A DNA stretch of 64,000 nucleotides from a virus, in IMG/VR virus record IMGVR_UViG_3300035698_010295, positions 1 to 64,000 of that record; one strand, written 5' to 3'. This document shows, piece by piece, positions 1 to 8,895 of the stretch (position 1 is the stretch's first letter; every line of letters starts with the position of its first letter). Made by a program: the position numbers and the translations under genes. The notes below the pieces were generated by a model. The model saw only the letters and a program-made list of their open reading frames with translations. It was not told the origin of the DNA and searched no databases.

Positions 1-1121
1 AAATACTGCTGTGCTGTATAATCCGCATCCCATTTAATTCCATACATGCCCGCAGTGTCGTGCCCGCTTATTATATTATTAATAATAATCCATGTAGAAC
101 AATTCTTTATATATATGCCGTTGCCGCCGTTATCAGCAATAGTGCAGTTTATAATTTTTATCGTATCTGCGCCGTCTGCCCCAACAACTATACCTCGCGA
201 AGTATTTCCAGATACGATACAACTATATAAGCTATGATAAATACTATATAGGCTTATCCCATGTGATCCATTGTCTTGGGATCGGCAATATAAAAATGTA
301 TTTACAGTCCCAGAACAAATTACCCCGCTGTCTGCATTGTCGTGAGAATATACATATTCAAAGCACCCTCTGTGACAATATGCCATCAGTCCATACGTTG
401 TGCCCCGTCTACATACAATATTCGAGACACAGGGATATGCAGCCGTGCTACTAACTCGCAATGGAACCTCAGAAGCATCGTTACCATCAATGTCCAGCGA
501 CTTTATACTCCAATAATCTCCAGTGCATAATATTACGTAGGCAATCGCTCCACTACCGGTAATAATTGGCAATGTATCATCTAGACCTAAACACACACCT
601 GTCGTTGCATCGACGCCCTCCAATACAACGCGTGTGGCTTCTCCGGCATCGCAAGCTAAGGTCAATACCCTATCTGTAGCAATATCACCTTGGACCTTGA
701 TCGTATCGCCGGCAATCGCCGACTGAATTACAGATAATATATGTGTTGCATCATTAGCAGCACCCTCTTTAACTGCACCGCCGACATAGGCAGATGCAGT
801 CGGAACATCATTTATCCAAACGACAGGCAATGTAATTGAATTCGCATCTGATGAATCGATCCTGTAGCGACTCGTAACATATACGCTAGAAAACACCACA
901 TAAACAACCACACCACCCAGTTGAGTGGCAAAATTACCTGCCGAGGTCAATTTTACAAGACCGCCATTATTAGTCACAGTACAACCCGCAGCAGTATATA
1001 TTGCCGCACCGCCAGCACCTTGAAAATTGGCAAAAGTATAAACCGGGCCACCGGGTTGAAAACCACCGCCATTGAGTTCACTGGCATTAGCACCACCCAA
1101 TATAAATGTCATTGACGCCAT
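1..1121 (-). CDS. Right-handed beta-helix (pectate-lyase-like) virion protein, 3'-partial (runs off window)
   Basis: Missing from the ORF track. Manual translation from ATG 1121 (overlapping the TAA of the upstream ORF) gives MASMTFILGGANASELNGGG...; later repeats such as 'CIVSGNTSRGIVVG', 'NCTIADNGGNGIYI' and 'NNIISGH' are typical parallel beta-helix rungs. Confidence 0.7.
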   Translation of the reverse strand, partial: MASMTFILGGANASELNGGGFQPGGPVYTFANFQGAGGAAIYTAAGCTVTNNGGLVKLTSAGNFATQLGGVVVYVVFSSVYVTSRYRIDSSDANSITLPVVWINDVPTASAYVGGAVKEGAANDATHILSVIQSAIAGDTIKVQGDIATDRVLTLACDAGEATRVVLEGVDATTGVCLGLDDTLPIITGSGAIAYVILCTGDYWSIKSLDIDGNDASEVPLRVSSTAAYPCVSNIVCRRGTTYGLMAYCHRGCFEYVYSHDNADSGVICSGTVNTFLYCRSQDNGSHGISLYSIYHSLYSCIVSGNTSRGIVVGADGADTIKIINCTIADNGGNGIYIKNCSTWIIINNIISGHDTAGMYGIKWDADYTAQQY

Positions 1122-1432
1122 TATAAGTCACCCTCAATAAAGTGAAGACTAAATTCATTTCGTAGTGAATCGGCTTGTGATCCAGCAGCATCCCATTCAG
1201 CATACCGTAGTTTAAAAGCTTGCACTTTTACAATGTCGGCCTCTGATTTTTCTTTTATTTGTATTAGCATAGCAAATGCTGATCTTCCAGATAATGATGT
1301 TACTGGGTTCTTTTCAGCTTTAAGTTCCTTAGCAGTTATACTATCAAAATCTTTTTTAAGTTTCTTAGCTATTAGTTCTTTTATACTATCTGAAGCATCA
1401 CTGAATATACTGTTAGTTCCTAAATCTGGCAT
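1121..1432 (-). CDS. Hypothetical protein (head module)
   Basis: 103-aa ORF coupled to the portal stop and to the next start. Confidence 0.6.
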   Translation of the reverse strand: MPDLGTNSIFSDASDSIKELIAKKLKKDFDSITAKELKAEKNPVTSLSGRSAFAMLIQIKEKSEADIVKVQAFKLRYAEWDAAGSQADSLRNEFSLHFIEGDL

Positions 1433-3108
1433 TAAATATCTCCTTCGTGGCTAGCCTTTTGGTCCTCGCGTGCATCACGATTAGGTTCACCATCTGTATC
1501 ACTAACACCGCGACCAGTCATATTAGACTGGGCTGCTGCTATACGTGCAAGACGCTCTGCATGATCTTGTTTTGCTTTTTCTGAACTTCCAATTGGATAA
1601 CCACGAGCATCTGATGCTGAGTCTAAATCAACAAGACCAGCTTCAAGGTCTTTAAGAATGATCATAGGATCAACATCTAAAATAGAAGCCGTATTAATTT
1701 CCTCATAGATTTTATTTAATTTTTCTTGTGTTATTTTATCACCAAGAACAATAGTGGCAATGCGTTTAATAATTTCACGTTTAAATGTTATACTTGGTGC
1801 ATCATGGAGTAGTGCTTTAAGACGTTCAGCTTCTTGTTGTTTATCAGTATCAGATTTAATAGAGTAGCGTTTAGGGTATGCTATTGTTATTTCTATTTTA
1901 TTACCTTCATACAAGTTCCATATTCTAGCCAACTGGCGTTCTGTAGCTTCGAGTTCTAAGCCTATATATGAGAGACCTGCTTCAAGACCTTGTTGGTCAG
2001 CTTCTTTACTTTCAGCTGATGCCATCTTAGGTTCAACATTTGTTAAGGCAAGGTGAACTAACTCCTTAATTTCCTTCTTTAGTATTTGTTGCTTCTCCAT
2101 ACTCGCCTTAAAAGGCTCAGGAGACGGATGTATGAATCCAGGTCTCTCGGCCCCTAACGGGTACTGGCGGCCATCAGCAGCACCAGTACTCACGCGTTTC
2201 TGACCAGCTACACTATTTTCTTCTGTGTTGTCATTATAAGCGTCATTTGTTCTGGAATATTGATTAACACGATAGTCTACCTGCTCGGTGTAAAATGGGA
2301 AATTACTTCTAATACCATAGGACATATCTGCTGATGCTAAATTAGCTAAAGCGACTTGATAATCAGCAACGTCCACCATCAAAGATTGTGTTAATTCAGC
2401 TATTACGAATGGTATCATAGGAAGATTTAATGTATAAGATTCTGTTGATTTATTATTATATTGATCTATCTGATCACCTTGTTCATTATAGAATTTTACT
2501 ATTGTACCATCAGCTGTTGTTTCTAAATATCGATAACGCTCTATACCATCATTAGGTAAACCCTCAACAAAAGTATTTACATTTTCTCTGAGTAAAAGTT
2601 TCTTAAAATAAACACCATCAATATTATAACCATAATCCCAGCTTAAAATATTTTCTGCCTTAAAAATATAGTAATAAGGATGTCCGTTGTAAATCTTTGA
2701 ATTGTTTGTAATTACAGGCATATCTACATAGATACCAACTTTACCTTTAACTAAAAGTTCTGGTAGGATTTGACGACCTATGTAAATATTCATGGTGCTA
2801 CCAGCTAGGTCTACGCCTCCTTTAAGACCATGCATGACATCATTGTAAAATTCAGAACCGCCCACACGTGTGACGTCTGAGATCCGTTGAAAAATAGAAT
2901 TTTTAACTTCATTAATAGCTTCTTTAGCAAAAGCTGGTGTGTAAGAATATTTCTTACGATTTATAAAATCATCAGTAGTTTCTCTAAGAGAAAATTGTTC
3001 TACATAATCTTCTACAAATTGATGACCTGCTGTATAAGCTGCATCATATTTTAACCAGAGGTCTGATGTATATTCTGGATGTCTTATATCTATTATTTTA
3101 ACGGTCAT
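1432..3108 (-). CDS. Portal protein
   Basis: 558 aa, directly downstream of the large terminase; N-terminal 'HPEY...W', 'GKVGIYVDMP' and 'ENILSW' resemble DUF4055/SPP1-type portals. Confidence 0.8.
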   Translation of the reverse strand: MTVKIIDIRHPEYTSDLWLKYDAAYTAGHQFVEDYVEQFSLRETTDDFINRKKYSYTPAFAKEAINEVKNSIFQRISDVTRVGGSEFYNDVMHGLKGGVDLAGSTMNIYIGRQILPELLVKGKVGIYVDMPVITNNSKIYNGHPYYYIFKAENILSWDYGYNIDGVYFKKLLLRENVNTFVEGLPNDGIERYRYLETTADGTIVKFYNEQGDQIDQYNNKSTESYTLNLPMIPFVIAELTQSLMVDVADYQVALANLASADMSYGIRSNFPFYTEQVDYRVNQYSRTNDAYNDNTEENSVAGQKRVSTGAADGRQYPLGAERPGFIHPSPEPFKASMEKQQILKKEIKELVHLALTNVEPKMASAESKEADQQGLEAGLSYIGLELEATERQLARIWNLYEGNKIEITIAYPKRYSIKSDTDKQQEAERLKALLHDAPSITFKREIIKRIATIVLGDKITQEKLNKIYEEINTASILDVDPMIILKDLEAGLVDLDSASDARGYPIGSSEKAKQDHAERLARIAAAQSNMTGRGVSDTDGEPNRDAREDQKASHEGDI

Positions 3109-4748
3109 AAAGGACTCCTGATGTTTCGATTAACACTTATTCTAGCTAGTATAAGAGCTATTTCTGCATAATTTAAAGCGTGTCCAAAGTGATCATCTGC
3201 TACATTTACATAGCGAGCTATTGGATTACCATGTCTGTCTATTTCAGGTTTACGCACTAGAGCTTTAATATTGCTTCTAAATTCAGTAGGTGTGTCTAGT
3301 GGTATTGTTATTGTTTTATTTGCAAAGCGACCTAATGAAAGATCCAACCAAGAGGTTCGATCAACAGTAACTTGCTGTTCCAATTCTTGACCGTCTTTGT
3401 CTCTTGTTTTATTAATTTGTTTACCAGTCACGGCGTTGCCATAAAAACAAAGCCAAATATAACCCCAGAATCTTTGTGCGAACTCATAGGCTTTACGGCG
3501 TTCAGGGTTGGCATCTATTACTATACCTACTGGTTTATACTTGTAAACTACGAGGTCAAGTTCTTCAAAATCGTGCACCTTATTGATCTCTAGCACCTTA
3601 CAATGTGCATTCATATTGATGTCTGCTGTTTGTATATTGGGGAGAGTATATTCACTTACTACATAGTGCAGCCAGTTGCCAACATCTATACCTAAAGTAA
3701 TGATTCCTTTACTTGGTGGTTCGCTGTTCTTATAATTACCTATGCAAGCTGATATGTCAGAGTCGTTTATACGGGCACCTTTTACTATGTGTGCAAGGCC
3801 AAGCTTTGAATTAAAGAACTCTTGTTCATAAGCTGCATTTGTTTGAGCCAATAAATAACTAGTGGCTAGTTCCCATGGTTTAATTGTTGGAGAGTACATT
3901 TGATTGATATGGTAACCATCATACTCTGCTTTTTTCTTTGGGACCCAATCACCCTTTGTGAGATATTCTTTAGAGTTTGATAATGTAGCTTTACATTCTG
4001 TGCACTTATAATAAGAAGACTTTAATTTTGGATCTGTTGGATCATCACTGGTTATTTCAATTGATTCTGGAAAGATGAACCTAATTTGACGACCACACGC
4101 AGGACAAGGGAAAAAGAACTCTTGTTGGGTTGATTGTTCGAAAAATTTATTGATGCCTGTTTCATCAATTGTAGGAGTACTTATTAACCATGTTTGTTTC
4201 TCGGTCTGACCAGATTGTCTTTCAAAAGCCAGTGGAATGTTATCTTGTGTCATTTCGTCAACTTCGTCGAAGACGAGAAAACCAGCTGGTACACTTTTAA
4301 GTCCAGAGCGGGATCTAGAACCACGGATATATAAGTTAGTGTTACCGGCACGTTTGTGTCCAACGTTCTTGACATCAGAAAATAAGTTTTGGAGGTAAGG
4401 TGATAGCTCCAAGGCTGGGTCAAACCTGGATGCGGAAAAGTCACTAGCATCTGGATTTTTAGCTGGTAATACGTAAAGAGTAGAAATGCCACGAATATCT
4501 AATTTATAAAATGTACGATTAAGGGCTACCTCGGTGAATCCCATTTGAGCAGCTTTTTGACCAACACAAGTTTCTGTGTCAGAATCTGTCATTTTTTTAA
4601 GCCAAGGGTGATGGTCAAAAGTCCAGGGACCTGGAAATGGATTACCCATTATCCTACATTTTTCTGCCCAACGTGAACATTTTTCTAATGTTTTACGTTC
4701 GAGTCCAATATTTATTGTCTTAAAAAGTTGGGCTTTTAAATCATGCAT
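3105..4748 (-). CDS. terL: Terminase large subunit, lambda GpA-like ATPase
   Basis: Walker A variant QKAAQMGFTE, Walker B FDEVD, ISTPT motif, CPACG...CTEC zinc motif, C-terminal RNase H-like GIDVG and DDHFGHA. Confidence 0.9.
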   Translation of the reverse strand: MHDLKAQLFKTINIGLERKTLEKCSRWAEKCRIMGNPFPGPWTFDHHPWLKKMTDSDTETCVGQKAAQMGFTEVALNRTFYKLDIRGISTLYVLPAKNPDASDFSASRFDPALELSPYLQNLFSDVKNVGHKRAGNTNLYIRGSRSRSGLKSVPAGFLVFDEVDEMTQDNIPLAFERQSGQTEKQTWLISTPTIDETGINKFFEQSTQQEFFFPCPACGRQIRFIFPESIEITSDDPTDPKLKSSYYKCTECKATLSNSKEYLTKGDWVPKKKAEYDGYHINQMYSPTIKPWELATSYLLAQTNAAYEQEFFNSKLGLAHIVKGARINDSDISACIGNYKNSEPPSKGIITLGIDVGNWLHYVVSEYTLPNIQTADINMNAHCKVLEINKVHDFEELDLVVYKYKPVGIVIDANPERRKAYEFAQRFWGYIWLCFYGNAVTGKQINKTRDKDGQELEQQVTVDRTSWLDLSLGRFANKTITIPLDTPTEFRSNIKALVRKPEIDRHGNPIARYVNVADDHFGHALNYAEIALILARISVNRNIRSPL

Positions 4749-5295
4749 CTTTTGTTAATATTTCTAAAAGATCTTCTGATATGTTTTCAACGGCTTTTGG
4801 GTCATCCACGTGTTTGTTTATGATACCTATAATTTCGAGGCCAAGTTGGACGACCTGTGTTTTATCTAGGAACTGGCCGGTTAGTTTATCAATTCTTTGG
4901 CAACTGGAAACTAGCTTTTCAATCTTAATAGCTAGGTCACTAATGGTATGGGTCTGTGTAAGCAAGTCTAATGGTGTTTGTATTAAATTGAGTCGTTCCT
5001 CCATAAGGATTCTAAGAATCCCTATTTCATCTTTTAGATTTTTAAGATTATCATTCTCAGCAAATTCTGACATTCTCGCTTGATATTTCGCCAAACGATA
5101 GTTACTAAGACTCTTTTTTTCCAATGATTTTTGTTGGTTTTGTCCGCCACAAGCAGAACAGAAATCAACTTTATCCATAGCTTCATTAGGGCAACGGCTA
5201 CCGCCTTTAATGCCTTTACAAGGGTTGGTATGTGCTTTAGATGTCGGGTGTAACATTGTAGACCTTTCAAAAGTTATATATAGGTATATCGTCAT
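4741..5295 (-). CDS. Probable terminase small subunit (true start may be MLHPTSK, 5256)
   Basis: Immediately upstream of terL with overlap; N-terminal Cys cluster (C..RC...CSAC) followed by a helical/coiled-coil region. Confidence 0.55.
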   Translation of the reverse strand: MTIYLYITFERSTMLHPTSKAHTNPCKGIKGGSRCPNEAMDKVDFCSACGGQNQQKSLEKKSLSNYRLAKYQARMSEFAENDNLKNLKDEIGILRILMEERLNLIQTPLDLLTQTHTISDLAIKIEKLVSSCQRIDKLTGQFLDKTQVVQLGLEIIGIINKHVDDPKAVENISEDLLEILTKDA

Positions 5296-5335
5296 TTAGG
5301 TTAAATAAATCAATTGGGCCAATTTTCGAGCTACT

Positions 5336-5449
5336 AGTGCTTAAGTGCTTAAGTGCTTAAGTGCTTAAGTGCTTAAGTGCTTAAGTGCTTAAGTGCTTAA
5401 GTGCTTAAGTGCTTAGTTCCTAGTTCCTAGTTCCTAGTTCCTTAACAGG
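5336..5449. repeat. Tandem microsatellite (AGTGCTTA)x10 followed by about four TAGTTCC units
   Basis: Read directly from the sequence; degenerate units continue to ~5492. Confidence 0.95.
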
Positions 5450-5691
5450 CCTAGTGCTTAAGTGCCTAAGTGCTTAAGTTCCTTAACAGGTTGATTTGTT
5501 AAATCTTGAAAATTAAAATTTTGAAAATCAAAATACCTAAAATCAAAATTTTGAGATTCTCTTAGTCGGTCCCGCAGGGGGTATGATTTAATATTGGGGA
5601 CGGTTTGATTTAATAATTTTACCCCACCATGTCCCTATTTTATATCCGGGACACAACAACTAACCGTCCCTACTATAACCTGTTAAGGAAC
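5437..5691. repeat. GTTCCTTAACAGG sites: two direct (5437-5449, 5478-5492) and one inverted (5677-5691); candidate packaging (cos/pac) region
   Basis: Perfect 15-bp inverted match between 5478-5492 and 5677-5691, upstream of the small terminase. The packaging role is inference. Confidence 0.5.
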
Positions 5692-5814
5692 GGGATTCAC
5701 TGAATCGTAACCCACTACTATATCTAGAGTTATGTTAATATCTCTAGGATTCAATAGGGTACACACTAATTAAAAAAGAATTCCGCCTGTCACCCCTTAA
5801 CTGTAACTCGTTTG

Positions 5815-5888
5815 TTGACAGTAGTTTATAACTATTTAATATTTTAATTAAATAAATTTATGGTACAAGGCTATTACGCCGATATAAT
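5815..5888 (+). promoter_or_regulatory. Putative sigma70-like rightward promoter
   Basis: TTGACA at 5815-5820, an AT-rich tract, and TATAAT at 5883-5888 just before the structured region. The two hexamers are too far apart to be one promoter. Confidence 0.4.
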
Positions 5889-5894
5889 AAGAGA

Positions 5895-6257
5895 CAGGCC
5901 ATAAGATAGTTGGTAAGGTAGGCAACCGCGTGGCGGTTGACCTTGTGTTCGGAATTGTAAAACGAACACGACGTGAGAGCCTAGCGATAGGACAAACGGA
6001 CCGAATGTGGACAACCCAAAGCGTAGTACGTGGATTACGCCGCGAGGTCCACAAGGGTAAAGCGGATAACAACCGCCATATAACCCGTAGTATGCTGCAA
6101 GATAAAGCTAGTTACTTTATCGTATGGGCGGATACAAAAAGGTGTTGAGGTCTGGACAACAAACAGACCAACACACAACCGGACAGTATCAGCAGGCCAA
6201 CAGGCCACCATCGAAGTAAGCAGGGCATACTACATATAGCCGATAGGTTTTGCGGTT
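5895..6257 (+). ncRNA. Candidate large structured ncRNA (~360 nt)
   Basis: At least nine nested stems with A-rich linkers, e.g. CAACCGC/GCGGTTG, GTGTTCG/CGAACAC, CCTA-GCGA-TAGG, TGTGGAC/GTCCACA, GTAGTATGC/GCATACTAC, GATAAAG/CTTTATC, GTGTTG/CAACAC. No convincing ORF. Confidence 0.6.
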
Positions 6258-6276
6258 GGTTGTAATGGTGAATAGA

Positions 6277-6459
6277 ATGTTGACAACAATTGCAGAAGCT
6301 AACAGGTTTGTAGCAAAAAAAAGATTCCCGAAAACATATAAAGCGAAACCAAGAAAAAAAGATTCTTGGTTGCATTATCGCAAAGACAACAATTCTATAA
6401 CCGGGTGTGCAAAACTCATGCCACAACCCCGCGTTTTTCAGAATATCAAACACGTCTAA
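6277..6459 (+). CDS. Small basic hypothetical protein (60 aa)
   Basis: GGTGA SD-like sequence before ATG 6277; K/R-rich (KKRFPKTYKAKPRKK). Confidence 0.45.
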   Translation: MLTTIAEANRFVAKKRFPKTYKAKPRKKDSWLHYRKDNNSITGCAKLMPQPRVFQNIKHV

Positions 6460-6483
6460 CTATTAGGACAACCAACTGCAAAG

Positions 6484-6634
6484 CCTATCGTATTCACTAG
6501 CTAGTGAAACCCCTTAAGTGTCCCAGGTTAAACCCTGGGTACACCTATCGAAGTCACTAGCCTAGGGTAAACCCTTGGTAGACCAAGGGTAACCCTGGGT
6601 TTGATCGAGTGAATCTAGGCTGTATAGCCTATCG
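6484..6634. repeat. Palindrome cluster with ~60-bp periodicity
   Basis: Perfect palindrome TTCACTAGCTAGTGAA (6493-6508); three CC(C/T/A)AGG..AACCCT(G/T)GG quasi-palindromes; CCTATCG at 6484, 6544 and 6628. Confidence 0.8.
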
Positions 6635-6683
6635 GAACCGGTGACGGGTTGGGTGCTGTGGCCCACAGGAAAGGTGGGTCCAC

Positions 6684-6986
6684 ATGCGTTTCAACAGGAG
6701 TCATTTTGAGGCTCTACCTCAAAAAAGTTTAGTCAATAACCATAAACTGATATGGTTACAAACAAACATGAACCTTTGGTCATACATCAAAGGTGTCATT
6801 GATGTTAGTGAGAAAGTAGTACAATACGGATTTGTCTACAGCGTATATCATGAAAACCCCGTACCTAATTTTGCTTTCATTGCCGATGATGTAGCCTATA
6901 ACTTTGCCCTAGATGGCAAAGTAATTATTATTGGTGATGAAGAAAAGATCAGAGCAGGTACTCTTATGTTTGATAGTTTGATCTAA
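6684..6986 (+). CDS. Hypothetical protein flanked by 26-nt inverted repeats
   Basis: AGGAAAGG SD; 100-aa ORF; inverted repeats at 6641-6666 and 6994-7019. Confidence 0.7.
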   Translation: MRFNRSHFEALPQKSLVNNHKLIWLQTNMNLWSYIKGVIDVSEKVVQYGFVYSVYHENPVPNFAFIADDVAYNFALDGKVIIIGDEEKIRAGTLMFDSLI

Positions 6987-7245
6987 TAAGTTAGTGGGCC
7001 ACAACATCCGACCCGTCACTAATTTAAAATATTTTTGGTATTTTAGATATTTTAGGTATTTTAGTGCTCTGTTTCTTAACAGGTTACAAAAAAACATTCG
7101 ATCTATTGTAAAAGCCGCCAGTATGGCTGCCTTTGCAAACGCCATAACTTGCGAGGGACCGAAAATTTCCTGCTGTTTGGCACGAGATCTACTCAATCGA
7201 ATTAACCTACCAGGGTGAACCCACCACCCTCTTTCCTTCCTTTCC

Positions 7246-7308
7246 TGGGGAGGCCAAAATGCCTAAAATGGCCGTTTTGGAAAATGGCTGTTTTAGGTGG
7301 CCTCCCCA
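7246..7308 (+). other. Long G.U-containing hairpin
   Basis: TGGGGAGGCC...GCCTAAAATGGCCGTTTT-GG-AAAATGGCTGTTTTAGGT-GGCCTCCCCA. Confidence 0.7.
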
Positions 7309-7362
7309 CCTGCCTTTATGTGGGACACCCAACCCGTCGCCTCTCCAGAACCGGAGGTCCAA

Positions 7363-7602
7363 ATGGGTTATTCAAACATGATATCTGATAAGTGTGACCA
7401 TTATACGGCCTACATATTTGGTCAGATATTTAATGGTAGACTAAGTTACTTGAAGCTAGAAATAGATGGGGAAGTAATCTCAGAAGCTGGTAAATGGCAA
7501 AATGTTACCGAAAAGGTACATTGCACATCCCTAATGAATGGCCATAATTCAAAAGTGACAGCGTATGCCCAATACTATACGCTGTTGAAAGACTTAATGT
7601 AA
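7363..7602 (+). CDS. Hypothetical protein (79 aa)
   Basis: GGAGG SD precedes ATG 7363, which is in frame with the track ORF 7297..7602. Confidence 0.7.
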   Translation: MGYSNMISDKCDHYTAYIFGQIFNGRLSYLKLEIDGEVISEAGKWQNVTEKVHCTSLMNGHNSKVTAYAQYYTLLKDLM

Positions 7603-7666
7603 CTAACAGGAGAGGCGATACCCACTCAACCCGTCACCTACTTTCCTTGCTCTACAGGAGACTATC

Positions 7667-8872
7667 ATGAGTAAGGAAATCACATTAGAGGATCTATCAG
7701 TTGAAGAATTTAACCAACAGCAAGAGCTAATGGGTAAATCTCTTCACCTCATACCGAGTGAGTTTACCACAGTGGAGATTGATTCAATCAATTTCCATGC
7801 TGAGTGGCAACCAAGGTTCAAAACAGACCCTACAAGGCTATTCAACGGAATCTGCCTTGAAGGTCTGGCGACACCTCCCAAGGTGTTTCTAGATGAGTCT
7901 GGTGCATACCATGCCCTCGATGGCAGACATCGGTGGGCATCCCTCCAGAAGATCAAGACTGAGTGTCCACTGGTGTGGAAAAAGCACCAGTTCGATGCTG
8001 GGATACCTGTTCAGCTGTTCCAGAACTTGAATCCCACACAGATCTTGAATCTTCGAACCGATGAGGGTCGTGGGCAAGAACCCCTCCAAGGTAAGGCAGA
8101 GTGCTGGCGAGCACTTGAACCTCATTACTCTGTTGGTAAGAGTGATAAGCAGATTGAAACTGAGTATTGGAAGATACTCATAGATACCTGCTGCTCAGTT
8201 GCCAAGCGTAATGATGTGTTGCAAATGTTCGCCAAGGCTACTGACCCGCGAGCATTTGTGGTGGCTATCCACAATGCAACATATATTCATCAGCAACGCT
8301 TTCGGTCTCTGTTCAAAAATCCTAACATCGTTAGAGATCAATGGACAAAGGGCGAACTCGGTGTTGCTGATGAGGCTGGTGTGGCCAGTCTCAAGTTGAC
8401 CGATGCAGATTTAAGAAATCTAGCTAAAGCTCACTCAGGTGACTTAGCAGAAGATGAGGCTGCTGGTACAAAACACAACTATGGTCTGGATAAGCCAGGA
8501 CCAGGTGTGCAGGCAATGTTGTCAAAGATATTAGCTGATAAAGCTAATGGTTCTAAAGCAACGAAACCTACCAGGATGTCAACAGCGGACGTTGAAGCAC
8601 ATGCTTCTAGTGGAAGCTCAAGAGCTGAGAAAATCATCTTTGCCGCTATGAATGGTAAAGAGGCCTCACAAGCTCAATTACCCATCATACTTAAGGCCAT
8701 CGCGAAGTATGAGAAAGCAGATGAGATCGACACCATGTTAGTTCAAGGTGTCCTTAATGCTGTTCTCAAGATGGGTAAGAAAACAGAGGAATCTGTACGG
8801 ATGCAGGTTCTTAATGCAATTGTTGGGCACCAAAAAGAATCAAAAAGTGCCACTAAAATCAGAACAAAGTAA
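7667..8872 (+). CDS. ParB/Srx-like N-terminal domain protein
   Basis: AGGAG SD; 'WQPRF' and 'YHALDGRHRW' motifs of ParB-like domains; 401 aa. Confidence 0.7.
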   Translation: MSKEITLEDLSVEEFNQQQELMGKSLHLIPSEFTTVEIDSINFHAEWQPRFKTDPTRLFNGICLEGLATPPKVFLDESGAYHALDGRHRWASLQKIKTECPLVWKKHQFDAGIPVQLFQNLNPTQILNLRTDEGRGQEPLQGKAECWRALEPHYSVGKSDKQIETEYWKILIDTCCSVAKRNDVLQMFAKATDPRAFVVAIHNATYIHQQRFRSLFKNPNIVRDQWTKGELGVADEAGVASLKLTDADLRNLAKAHSGDLAEDEAAGTKHNYGLDKPGPGVQAMLSKILADKANGSKATKPTRMSTADVEAHASSGSSRAEKIIFAAMNGKEASQAQLPIILKAIAKYEKADEIDTMLVQGVLNAVLKMGKKTEESVRMQVLNAIVGHQKESKSATKIRTK

Positions 8873-8895
8873 CTTAGAGGAAAGTAGGTGACGGT

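Noticed and set aside
46-1115. Short plus-strand ORFs at the window start
   Set aside because: Shadows of the long minus-strand beta-helix ORF that runs off the edge.
5336-5492. CRISPR-like repeat
   Set aside because: It is a pure 7-8-bp tandem repeat with no spacers.
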